A DNA stretch of 64,000 bases from an uncultured Bacilli bacterium (lineage in GTDB: Bacteria; Bacillota_I; Bacilli_A; RF39; UBA660). The stretch is taken from contig CANQCR010000008.1 of assembly GCA_947589735.1 (NCBI GenBank), forward strand, positions 8,809 to 72,808, in the 5' to 3' direction. Of this stretch, positions 17,831 through 26,705 are shown in pieces; position 1 is the first letter of the stretch; every line of letters begins with the position of its first letter. Both the position numbers and the translations under genes were made by a program. The notes under the pieces were generated by a model. That model saw only the letters and a list, made by a program, of their open reading frames with translations, did no database searches and was not told the DNA's origin.

Positions 17831-18091
17831 TTATTTTGAAGATTCATCATAAGCTTTACGAACAAGGCGCGCTAACTGATCTGCACATGATGTTCCTTTA
17901 AAAGCACAATCAATGCCACCTAGTTTTTCTTCAATTTCTTCAACGGTCATTCCTTCAACTAACCTAGGCAAAGCCTGTAAGTTACCAGGGCAACCACCAT
18001 CTAAAAAACGGACGTTAGTAACAACATTACCATTTAATTCAAAGGCAATTCTTTTCGCACATGTTCCTTTAGTAGGCATACAATATTCCAT
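17831..18091 (-). CDS. TSCPD-domain small Cys-rich protein (TIGR03905-like)
   Basis: 86 aa with the pattern GTCA...F..GGCPGN...GT.C..Q. Confidence 0.6.
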   Translation of the reverse strand: MEYCMPTKGTCAKRIAFELNGNVVTNVRFLDGGCPGNLQALPRLVEGMTVEEIEEKLGGIDCAFKGTSCADQLARLVRKAYDESSK

Positions 18092-18134
18092 TTCAATCCT
18101 CCTTAACTACAACAAAAAGCAAATAAATTTGCTT

Positions 18135-18602
18135 TTAGTAATCAATTTCTTTAAAAGAATGAACAATCGTTCCTTTAGTCGCATCAATATAATATTCGTA
18201 GTCGTAATTTTGATATTCAAAATCAACTTCATAAACCACGGTATTATATTTTCTTTCTAAATCAGCATCTAAGTCTCTAACACTACTCTTTTCTAGTTTA
18301 GCATGATTTAAGGCAATCTCAATCGCTTTATCTCTACTGATATAATTATTAGTATTTGTATTATTAGAAGTACTTGTATCATTAGAAGTATTTATATCGC
18401 TATTTTCATCTAGTAAAATATTACTATCATTAGGGGTAGTAGATGAAACATTATTATCACTAACAAAACCACCTTCATTTGATGGCGTATTAGTTGTTTT
18501 ATGGTTATCAACAGCTAAAAAGACAACAGCGCCAACAAGTAAAACAATAATGACAAGTAAAGATATAAAAATAAATTGATAATTTAGACCCTTTTCTTTC
18601 AT
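18135..18602 (-). CDS. PepSY-domain membrane-anchored protein
   Basis: TM helix, an N/S/T-rich linker and a C-terminal PepSY-like module (ISRDKAIEIAL...YEVDF...IDATKG). Confidence 0.6.
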   Translation of the reverse strand: MKEKGLNYQFIFISLLVIIVLLVGAVVFLAVDNHKTTNTPSNEGGFVSDNNVSSTTPNDSNILLDENSDINTSNDTSTSNNTNTNNYISRDKAIEIALNHAKLEKSSVRDLDADLERKYNTVVYEVDFEYQNYDYEYYIDATKGTIVHSFKEIDY

Positions 18603-18717
18603 TATTTCACCTCCTTAGGTTATAGATAACTTACCATGTTATCTCACTATTTTCATTATAGCACATTTCACCATAATTTACATTGCTATTTTCTCATGTT
18701 ATAATGAGGATGGTGAG

Positions 18718-19395
18718 ATGATGGAAAGATTAAAGAAGATTATAGGAACTATTATGTATGTCCTAGCCATAATACCAATTATCTTATATATCACCCTTAG
18801 TAATACTAAAAACTTTTTAATAAGTCCGGCTCTTAGATTAGTCTTACTTTTATTAAGTTGTATTTTAATGTATTTAGGTGCGAGAATTATTAAAAGTTCG
18901 AAACTAATGAAGATTAATATGTGGTTATGGTTTATTCTATATGTCATTTTAATTTTAACCTTGACATTATTTGACAATTATTATGCTAGAGGATATTTCC
19001 ATATTAATGATTGGAACAAGAATTTTTTAGACATTTACTTAAAAGAATCATTTAATATTATTCCATTTAAAACAATCTTCGAATATACCAAAGCAATATC
19101 TAATAGTGGATTTAAATATTTCATTTTAAATATTGGTGGAAATATCATTGCCTTTATGCCCTTTGCTTTTTTCTTGCCAAAGCTTATCAAAAAAGAAAAC
19201 AAACTTCTTGTTTTCACCATTACTATAGCATTGTTATCACTTATAATAGAATTAACACAGTTTATCACTCTATCCGGAGTATGTGATATCGACGATATTA
19301 TTTTAAATACTATTGGCGCAGTTATTTTATTTGAGGTTTTGAATATACCGCGCGTTAAACATTTTAGCAATTGGCTATTCATAGAAAACACATAA
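18718..19395 (+). CDS. VanZ-like membrane protein
   Basis: Multi-TM protein with IPFKTI...N..GNIIAFMPF..FLP and a late D.DDIILNTIG motif. Confidence 0.65.
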   Translation: MMERLKKIIGTIMYVLAIIPIILYITLSNTKNFLISPALRLVLLLLSCILMYLGARIIKSSKLMKINMWLWFILYVILILTLTLFDNYYARGYFHINDWNKNFLDIYLKESFNIIPFKTIFEYTKAISNSGFKYFILNIGGNIIAFMPFAFFLPKLIKKENKLLVFTITIALLSLIIELTQFITLSGVCDIDDIILNTIGAVILFEVLNIPRVKHFSNWLFIENT

Positions 19396-19421
19396 AAAAA
19401 CGTTGGTTATCCAACGTTTTT
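19394..19421. terminator. bidirectional intrinsic terminator
   Basis: AAAAAACGTTGG-ttat-CCAACGTTTTT. Confidence 0.8.
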
Positions 19422-20793
19422 AATTTACTTCTTTATAACTAGATAAGGTTACAGTAAGCGTTTTTTCTTTATATTCACGACCACTGACATATTTAACCTT
19501 AAGTTTAACTTTTTCTTTAGCTTTCTTTAATTCTAATACTTCACTAATATCATTAAACTGGCCAACTTCTTTACCATCAATTTCCGTAATGATATCGCCA
19601 ATAGATAAGCCAGCTTTATCAGCACCACTATTTTTAACAATGCTACGAATTAAAAATCCTTCTGGGATATCATAAGCTTCGCTAATTTGTGATGTAATCA
19701 TATAACCACTTACACCTAGGTAGCCTCTTTCTTCGTCCGTTAAACTCTCACCATTCATTAATTTTGTAATCAAATCGGATACATCAGATATTGGGATTGC
19801 AAAACCCATACCCTCAATACTAGCCGAATTACTATAAGCATTAGATGAATACTTAACAGAGTTAATACCAATAACTTCACCCTTACTATTAAGTAAAGCT
19901 CCACCACTATTACCACCATTAATAGCAGCATCGATTTGAATCATGTTTGTAGTTGAATTATCAACACTAACTTCTCTATTTAAAGCACTAATAACACCCG
20001 TTGTTACAGATTGTCCATAACCTAGTGCATTACCGATAGCAATAACACCATTACCGACTTTCATCTTTGTGCTATCACCCATCGTTGCTATTTTAATCTG
20101 ATCAATTGTATCTTGATCTAGGTCTTTTAATTTAACAGTTATAATTGCAATATCACGAGAAGTTGAACTTCCTTTAACGCTAGCGTCAACACTCTTATCA
20201 TTAATAAATCTAACACTCAAACTTTCAGCATCTTCAATAACATGATAATTAGTTAAAATCATAAGTTCCGTATCATTCTTACTTACAATAATACCTGATC
20301 CGGCACCGGTAGCATATTCTTCTTCACCCCACCAACTAGGACCATAACGACCTGATGAGACAAGCGTTTTACTAGTTATAGCTACTATTGATGGCATAAC
20401 ATTATCAACAACTTCAGATACATCTGTTATATATATACCCTCACTTACATCGGATGTTTCTGTATACTGTAAGTCTACTTTAGGTGCCTCATCATCTGCT
20501 TCATTATTTTTAAGCTTATTTTTAGTAAGTGTTAAAAATAATGATATAAAGACAATACAGAAAGCAAGCGCTACTAAAGCTCCGATAACAATCCATTTAG
20601 CCGGATTTTCTTTAGCAATTGGATTTTCATATCTAGGCTTATCAGGTATTTCATCAGTTTTAGGTGATTCATGAGAATTAGTATTTTCTTCAATAATCTT
20701 AGCATCACCAATCACTTTAGAATCTACATTATTTTCTTCTTCTAGATTCTCTTTTTTTTCTTTTTCTTCTTCGTTCATTTTTTCACCTTCCAT
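19420..20793 (-). CDS. htrA: HtrA/DegP-family serine protease with PDZ domain
   Basis: TM anchor, catalytic LTNYHV, DIAII and GNSGGAL motifs, and a C-terminal PDZ (GDIITEIDG). Confidence 0.85.
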   Translation of the reverse strand: MEGEKMNEEEKEKKENLEEENNVDSKVIGDAKIIEENTNSHESPKTDEIPDKPRYENPIAKENPAKWIVIGALVALAFCIVFISLFLTLTKNKLKNNEADDEAPKVDLQYTETSDVSEGIYITDVSEVVDNVMPSIVAITSKTLVSSGRYGPSWWGEEEYATGAGSGIIVSKNDTELMILTNYHVIEDAESLSVRFINDKSVDASVKGSSTSRDIAIITVKLKDLDQDTIDQIKIATMGDSTKMKVGNGVIAIGNALGYGQSVTTGVISALNREVSVDNSTTNMIQIDAAINGGNSGGALLNSKGEVIGINSVKYSSNAYSNSASIEGMGFAIPISDVSDLITKLMNGESLTDEERGYLGVSGYMITSQISEAYDIPEGFLIRSIVKNSGADKAGLSIGDIITEIDGKEVGQFNDISEVLELKKAKEKVKLKVKYVSGREYKEKTLTVTLSSYKEVN

Positions 20794-20904
20794 ATAAAAG
20801 TATAAGTCAATTTTGTGTCGATTATGTGAAAATAGAAGGTAATATATGTGATATTACCTATGTTACACACATATTAATTATAGCACAAAAATAAATAATA
20901 TCAC

Positions 20905-20940
20905 AAAATAAAAAGTCAATGTTCGCTTCACATTGACTTT
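20905..20940 (-). terminator. intrinsic terminator of the four-gene envelope cluster
   Basis: AAAGTCAATG / CATTGACTTT hairpin followed by a T-rich run on the - strand. Confidence 0.7.
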
Positions 20941-20949
20941 TAGTTTGCT

Positions 20950-21855
20950 TTATTGTGCAAAACCAAATTTTTCCAATATGTCTTCAGTTTGATTCATCGA
21001 ATCTGATGAAATAGCATGTGATGACGAAGCAGTTGCTGACTTAATAATTGGAACGGCATTATTTAAAAGAGAATAGTTAAGAGTACCATTTATATTAGCA
21101 CCAACAACTACTATTGTATGATTAGAGTCTAGTTTAGTATACCCAGTTACCATATTAGTACCACCAGATGTTACCTCTAATGTAATAAACTCTACACCAT
21201 CAATAGTTTTAACGTTAAGATTTTTAGCTGTCTGTCCTCTACTTTGAAAAGCAGGAATTAATTGGGTCCGACGACTTTTAATAACATCATAACTGCCTGT
21301 TGAAATTTCAAAAACCAGAACCCAAGTTTGTCGTGCATCTGTAACTAATAATTGAGTATCATTTAATGTAGAAACATAATCACTTGGTATCTCAAATTGA
21401 TAGCCATTAAAATTTACTTTAGAAGCTTTATTAACTTCTTCATCAGCTGGGGTATTAGTATTACTTGGTGTTTCACTTTCCTTTTTATCCTCTTTATTAC
21501 CTAAAAGGAAAATAGCACCAACAACTACAGCTACTAAAACGACAACGGCAACGCCAATAATAATAAACTTACTATTATTATTTGATTGATTATTGATAGG
21601 TTGGCCATAAGTTGTATTATTCATCATTGGTGGTTGGTTATTAGGCATTGGTTGTGTTGGTTGCATTGCTGGTTGGTTGTTAGGCATTGGTTGCGTTGGT
21701 TGCATTGGTGGTTGGTTGTTAGGCATTGGTTGTGTTGGTTGCATTGGTGGTTGGTTGTTAGGTATTGGTTGCGTTGGTTGCATTGGTGGTTGATTGGTAT
21801 TAGGGACATTATTCGCTTGATTATTCATCATATTATTATTCATACTATTATTCAT
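20950..21855 (-). CDS. membrane protein with N-terminal N/Q/P-rich repeats and an extracytoplasmic domain
   Basis: 13-aa repeats NNQPPMQPTQPMP, one TM helix (IIIGVAVVVLVAVVVGAIFLL) and a ~170-aa C-terminal domain. Confidence 0.6.
   Translation of the reverse strand: MNNSMNNNMMNNQANNVPNTNQPPMQPTQPIPNNQPPMQPTQPMPNNQPPMQPTQPMPNNQPAMQPTQPMPNNQPPMMNNTTYGQPINNQSNNNSKFIIIGVAVVVLVAVVVGAIFLLGNKEDKKESETPSNTNTPADEEVNKASKVNFNGYQFEIPSDYVSTLNDTQLLVTDARQTWVLVFEISTGSYDVIKSRRTQLIPAFQSRGQTAKNLNVKTIDGVEFITLEVTSGGTNMVTGYTKLDSNHTIVVVGANINGTLNYSLLNNAVPIIKSATASSSHAISSDSMNQTEDILEKFGFAQ
21615..21800 (-). repeat. 39-nt in-frame tandem repeat, about 4.5 copies
   Basis: Direct reading of GGTTGGTTGTTAGGCATTGGTTG(C/T)GTTGGTTGCATTGGT units on the + strand. 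Confidence 0.85.
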
Positions 21856-21879
21856 ATTATCACTCCATTCACCTTTTTA

Positions 21880-23574
21880 TTAATTGGTTTTTACTTCTTC
21901 AATTACTAAATCAAAATTGGTCAAATCTTTTATAATATCATCCGTTACTTTTTTACCATTACCTTCAATCTCTATCACTAACATATTATCATCATTTATT
22001 TTATAAAACAATAGTCGTCGGTCAATGTAATAAAGAAATCTGTCAATATTTGTAAACAAAATACCACCTAAGTCTTCATTCCCTCCAGCATATTCAACCA
22101 AAGTATGACCATTAATATTTAAATCCTTCATTCGTTTCATCTTATCGTATTTATAATTTTTATTAGCCCAATCATTCACAAAATCTACTTTGTCCTTAAT
22201 AGCCTCTTCATAATCATCAACAATCGTCCCTAGTTGATATTCAACTTTATAATCATATAAGTTTGTATCTTCATTGTAATTTAAACCAAAAAATTTTTCT
22301 TCAGTTAGATCTTGCGAACTAGTAGCATTATACTCCGTATATTTTTTAGGAACTTTTAAAATAATTCGATAATCATTTTTATAATCATAACTGTCGATTA
22401 ACTCACTAATTATATTATCGCCTTCGATATGATTTTCAACATAAGTAGAATAATTTTCAATTTTATTTATTTTAATATTGTCAATAAGATTTTTAGGTAT
22501 TCCAATATGTGTAGACCTAATCTCAACATCAAATACATGATTGCGATCAAGCGTAAACAGTAAATTAGCCATTTCATAATGACAAATTGAATCATAAGGC
22601 CTAATTGATCCATATAACTCACACTTTTCATCATAGCTAAGATGATAAAGATACCTATTATATGGATTACCCAGATAAGATAATTGCTCTTCTATTCCTA
22701 TGACATTTTCATCTTTTTCATAAATTTGTTTCTTAAAAACATTTGATGATTCTTCCTTATCAAGCATCTCATAAATATTTCTTGGATATACAGAAACACC
22801 TAAAGAAATACTATAATATGGCTTGTCATTTCTATAGTTATGAGTTCTAATTAAAGTATTATGACCAAAAGCAGAAAATTCACTAGGGACAGCATAAGAA
22901 ACATAGTAATGGTCACTAGCTATATAATAATCCGTTGTTTTGGTAAATTTATCTTTAAAGTATTCGGAATCATCATAAGTGGCTTCTGTTAAATCAATAT
23001 TGATTTTTTCTTTTAAAGGAAACTGCTCTTCTTTAACATCAAAGTTATAGACAATATTATGAACACTATCTAGTAGAATATCAAAGTAATCATTAGTGGC
23101 CTCATAACTTGAAAAAATTAATTTTTCTCCCTTTTTATATACCATTATTAATACTTGATGATTACCATCTTCATATAAGGCCTTATAACCACTATATTTA
23201 TTTTTAGTAAATACATCTTCATTCTTCGAGATTATTTTATAATCTTTATTTTGACTTTCAATCGTATATAATATTTCATCAACCATATCTTCCACTGTTG
23301 CATAAGCATATGTTCCTTCGAGTGGGATTACCTCGATTGTTAGTAAACTTTTACTTTTTTTATGTTGAAAGGTTATTTTTGAATCACTCTCATCCTTTAC
23401 CTTCCAGCTATCATCATATTTTGTTTGATAAACACTATTCGTTAATTCTTTAATAAGTCCTGTCTTATGGAAAGTTTGTAAAGATACTAATGTTATAACC
23501 CCTAATACTAAAATAGTTAGAGATGTTAAAAAAGGTATTTTATATTTTTTAAATATCATAATTAATTGTTTCAT
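21880..23574 (-). CDS. membrane-anchored extracytoplasmic protein, unknown function
   Basis: N-terminal TM helix, 564 aa, no recognisable motif. ATGA start/stop overlap with the upstream gene. Confidence 0.55.
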   Translation of the reverse strand: MKQLIMIFKKYKIPFLTSLTILVLGVITLVSLQTFHKTGLIKELTNSVYQTKYDDSWKVKDESDSKITFQHKKSKSLLTIEVIPLEGTYAYATVEDMVDEILYTIESQNKDYKIISKNEDVFTKNKYSGYKALYEDGNHQVLIMVYKKGEKLIFSSYEATNDYFDILLDSVHNIVYNFDVKEEQFPLKEKINIDLTEATYDDSEYFKDKFTKTTDYYIASDHYYVSYAVPSEFSAFGHNTLIRTHNYRNDKPYYSISLGVSVYPRNIYEMLDKEESSNVFKKQIYEKDENVIGIEEQLSYLGNPYNRYLYHLSYDEKCELYGSIRPYDSICHYEMANLLFTLDRNHVFDVEIRSTHIGIPKNLIDNIKINKIENYSTYVENHIEGDNIISELIDSYDYKNDYRIILKVPKKYTEYNATSSQDLTEEKFFGLNYNEDTNLYDYKVEYQLGTIVDDYEEAIKDKVDFVNDWANKNYKYDKMKRMKDLNINGHTLVEYAGGNEDLGGILFTNIDRFLYYIDRRLLFYKINDDNMLVIEIEGNGKKVTDDIIKDLTNFDLVIEEVKTN

Positions 23575-25313
23575 AACTTCACCATCACTATTATTAAATA
23601 ATCAAACTCATCCATGATAATAACTTTATATTGGGCATTTTGATAAATACATTTACTACTACTATTTAATACTTCATGGTATCCATCTTGAAGTAGTTGC
23701 TCTCTAAAAACTGCTGACAATTGCATACTATTTATATATTTAGAAATTGTATTTTTATAACGTAAACTAACAATACCATCCTTATAACTAGCTTTGACGA
23801 GCTCGAGATGAATATTTTTTTCTAAATCCCCTATCTTAGAATATTTTTTCCATTTGCTTTTAGGAATGCTACTGACAACCTTTTCATCGTCATATTTTAA
23901 GTAATAGAAATCTTCTTTTAGTTTTTCAAAAGAAATAGTTTCAATTTTATTAAAAATAACACCGCTAAATATATCCTGAGCCTCTTTTAAAATACTTGTA
24001 TTAATTGCTTGCGAGATTAAGGAACTAGATGATTTTGTCGTATTAAGTCCAATAACCTCACCCTTTTCATTAAAGACTGGGCTTCCTTGATCGGCATCAT
24101 AAGTAGGGATAGACGTTTGAAGATAATTATCACTAGCTATAACTATACCCTTTTGTGTAATATAACCCGTACCTGTTTTACTACTAATGATGATGGCAGG
24201 CTCTTCTGCTTTCATCTTCGCCGTATCACCTAAAGTAACGTGACTATTTGTTAGTGTCTTTGTTTTTAAAATGACAATATCCGTTTCTGGATTAGCGGTT
24301 ACAATACCATCAAGTTCATAGACATTACCTTGATAATCTTTAACGACAATATATTGTGAATTCGTTAGTGCCTGCTCCATAAAATCCCAAGTTGTAGCAA
24401 TAAGACCATTATTGATAAAAATACCATTAGCAGAAGACAACTTTTGATTGTTATAATAAGATGCAAGGTAGACAATATTTTTAATATTATCATCATATAT
24501 TTTTGTAAACTGCTTTTCCGGTATCTTGTTTACCTTGCTAAAATCATATGCATTTGCTAAATCAGATTTATAGGAAGTTGATGCTAGTTTTTTCGTCTTC
24601 GTTTCCGTATTCTCTAACGTATTAAAGTATTCATTTAAATCATCTGTTGAACTACCATATAAATTCCATAATCGATATTCACCATCAATAAGGACATAAT
24701 GATAACTAAAAATTAAATTAGTTGTCACAATCTCATATTCACGTGAATTTAATTCTTTTTCTTCCTTCATCTGAACATTAGGTAAAGTAACAACCGCAAG
24801 CGCTGTTTCATCACCGAAGCTTACCTTAATATCACCATAAGAATGATAAACAATATCCTTTTCCTGAACTTTATGAAAAATCTGTGGAATAGCTAACTCA
24901 GAAGCCAAAGCACAGTTATAATTCTTAACCGTTTCATCATAAACATCTAAATAATATGGTGGGGTTGGATTAGGATTTTTAGGAAAATATTTATAAGCTG
25001 CCAAATCATAATATTCTTTTTCCCGTTTATAATAATGTTCATCATCTTCATCTTCCATATTTATTTCACCAATTAGCAATGAAGTGGTTCTTTTTGCTAA
25101 TAGTTTTATTTTATCTTCTTCATCTTTATTTTCGTTAACTATCGATGACTTCAAAGCATAATTTTTATTAAAACTATTAGTAATATCCTTCTTTTTACCT
25201 GTCACAGAAAAGGATAGTTTTGATGAGTCAAAATTAAAATGGTTGGTTAAAGCATAAACACTAATTGTAAAACAAATAGCCATTACTAAAATAAATATTA
25301 TTTTCTTTTTCAT
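23571..25313 (-). CDS. exported trypsin-fold (S1-like) protein lacking the catalytic His and Ser (pseudoprotease candidate)
   Basis: Signal peptide. The region NGLIATTWDFMEQA...TDIVILK...DADQGSPVFNEKGEVIGLN aligns to the HtrA in this window (LILTNYHVIEDA...RDIAII...GGNSGGALLNSKGEVIGIN) with His to Asp and Ser to Gln. Confidence 0.55.
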   Translation of the reverse strand: MKKKIIFILVMAICFTISVYALTNHFNFDSSKLSFSVTGKKKDITNSFNKNYALKSSIVNENKDEEDKIKLLAKRTTSLLIGEINMEDEDDEHYYKREKEYYDLAAYKYFPKNPNPTPPYYLDVYDETVKNYNCALASELAIPQIFHKVQEKDIVYHSYGDIKVSFGDETALAVVTLPNVQMKEEKELNSREYEIVTTNLIFSYHYVLIDGEYRLWNLYGSSTDDLNEYFNTLENTETKTKKLASTSYKSDLANAYDFSKVNKIPEKQFTKIYDDNIKNIVYLASYYNNQKLSSANGIFINNGLIATTWDFMEQALTNSQYIVVKDYQGNVYELDGIVTANPETDIVILKTKTLTNSHVTLGDTAKMKAEEPAIIISSKTGTGYITQKGIVIASDNYLQTSIPTYDADQGSPVFNEKGEVIGLNTTKSSSSLISQAINTSILKEAQDIFSGVIFNKIETISFEKLKEDFYYLKYDDEKVVSSIPKSKWKKYSKIGDLEKNIHLELVKASYKDGIVSLRYKNTISKYINSMQLSAVFREQLLQDGYHEVLNSSSKCIYQNAQYKVIIMDEFDYLIIVMVKL

Positions 25314-25315
25314 TG

Positions 25316-26605
25316 TTACTCCTCCAACTCACTTTTTAAAACAGTATAGATATACTTACTAGCGTCCTTGGCATTATCACCATTTAAATAAACATCGTGA
25401 AATGATTCAGCAATTGTCTCATCATAAATATAATCTCCCGAATTATCTTTAGCTAAAGCATATTGAGAGATTGTACCCCGCCATTCATCTAAAGTTAATT
25501 TCGTATTGGTATCTTTAACATAATTATCGTAAGCCTTTTTTATCATCTGTAAAGAGAAATCGCCACTATTAAAATCTTCAACGACTTCATAGAAGGAATT
25601 AACATTATTGTTATCAACAAGAAGAATACTTTTACTTTGATGATATTTAGACATCGCTAAAAAAGATAAATAGTGACCCATTTCGTGCGCTACCGGCGAA
25701 TAAATGGTCGCATTAGGTGGGAAGTGTCCTGATTTAGATCCATCATCAACAGATGCCTGTAAGCGCTCTTGATTTAAAAAGTAACTGGTATTAAGTAAAA
25801 TTTGTGTTTTTATAACCCAAGGATAACCCGAAGATGATTTTGATGTAGCAAAAAGGGACGATGGCATAAAAGCAGCAATATAATTATTAGACATTGTTCC
25901 ATTAACAAGAGTAACATTGGTAATAGATTTGCGAACACTAGGAAACTCAGCATATATTTTTTTAAAGACGTTACCTAGTTCCCTAGCAAAATCAACATCC
26001 ATTTCACAAAGATTAACAGCTGTAATACCATAATTTTTAATCAATTCATTTTCTACTTGTTGAATATCTTTTGGACATTTATCTTTTTGATCAACAGAAT
26101 CTTTGATGATTAAATTTTTAGCATCCGTCGCATTATTTATCGTAACACCTTCATAAACATTATCATAAATAATAACTGTTTGATACTTGCTGGCACTATT
26201 CGGTTGTGAAGATTGATTATTACTAGTTTGATTATTAATTATGTCATCTTTGTCATCTTCATAAGCTTGTGTGTTAAAATAATAATTATCAGAATTATGA
26301 CGAAAAAATAAAAAATAAGTACCTAAAACCAATAATAAACCAATGCTTACCCCAACACATAACATAACAATTTTATTCCCATCATTACCATTAGTAACAC
26401 CATTTTGATTATACATATAGTTATTATTAGGTTGGACATTGTTATAAGCGTTAAACATCATATTATCATTGTAATTATTAGTACTTATATTTTGTTGATT
26501 TAAATTATTGACTGTATTAGTCATAGCTAAACCGCAATTGGAGCAATAACCTTCATTAGATTTTATTTCATAACCGCATTTTGGACAAAAACTCACTTCA
26601 AACAC
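25316..26605 (-). CDS. zinc-ribbon / TM / extracytoplasmic HExxH (HEMGH) metalloprotease-like protein
   Basis: N-terminal CPKCG...CSNCG zinc ribbon, one TM helix, and VAHEMGHYL in the C-terminal domain. Confidence 0.55.
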   Translation of the reverse strand: MFEVSFCPKCGYEIKSNEGYCSNCGLAMTNTVNNLNQQNISTNNYNDNMMFNAYNNVQPNNNYMYNQNGVTNGNDGNKIVMLCVGVSIGLLLVLGTYFLFFRHNSDNYYFNTQAYEDDKDDIINNQTSNNQSSQPNSASKYQTVIIYDNVYEGVTINNATDAKNLIIKDSVDQKDKCPKDIQQVENELIKNYGITAVNLCEMDVDFARELGNVFKKIYAEFPSVRKSITNVTLVNGTMSNNYIAAFMPSSLFATSKSSSGYPWVIKTQILLNTSYFLNQERLQASVDDGSKSGHFPPNATIYSPVAHEMGHYLSFLAMSKYHQSKSILLVDNNNVNSFYEVVEDFNSGDFSLQMIKKAYDNYVKDTNTKLTLDEWRGTISQYALAKDNSGDYIYDETIAESFHDVYLNGDNAKDASKYIYTVLKSELEE

Positions 26606-26705
26606 CTCTTTACTCTAGCCTATACTAATAAATAGTATAACATACTAGAATGAATATAACTAGTAGAATAATACAATAAAAAAGAAGTTAGTAGATAACT
26701 CCATT

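Noticed and set aside
21586-21909. 107-aa + strand ORF and 61-aa - strand ORF (21624..21809) overlapping the 39-nt repeat region.
   Set aside because: These are frame artefacts of the repetitive W/L/H- or Q/N/C-rich translation. They sit inside the better supported PQ-rich membrane protein gene.
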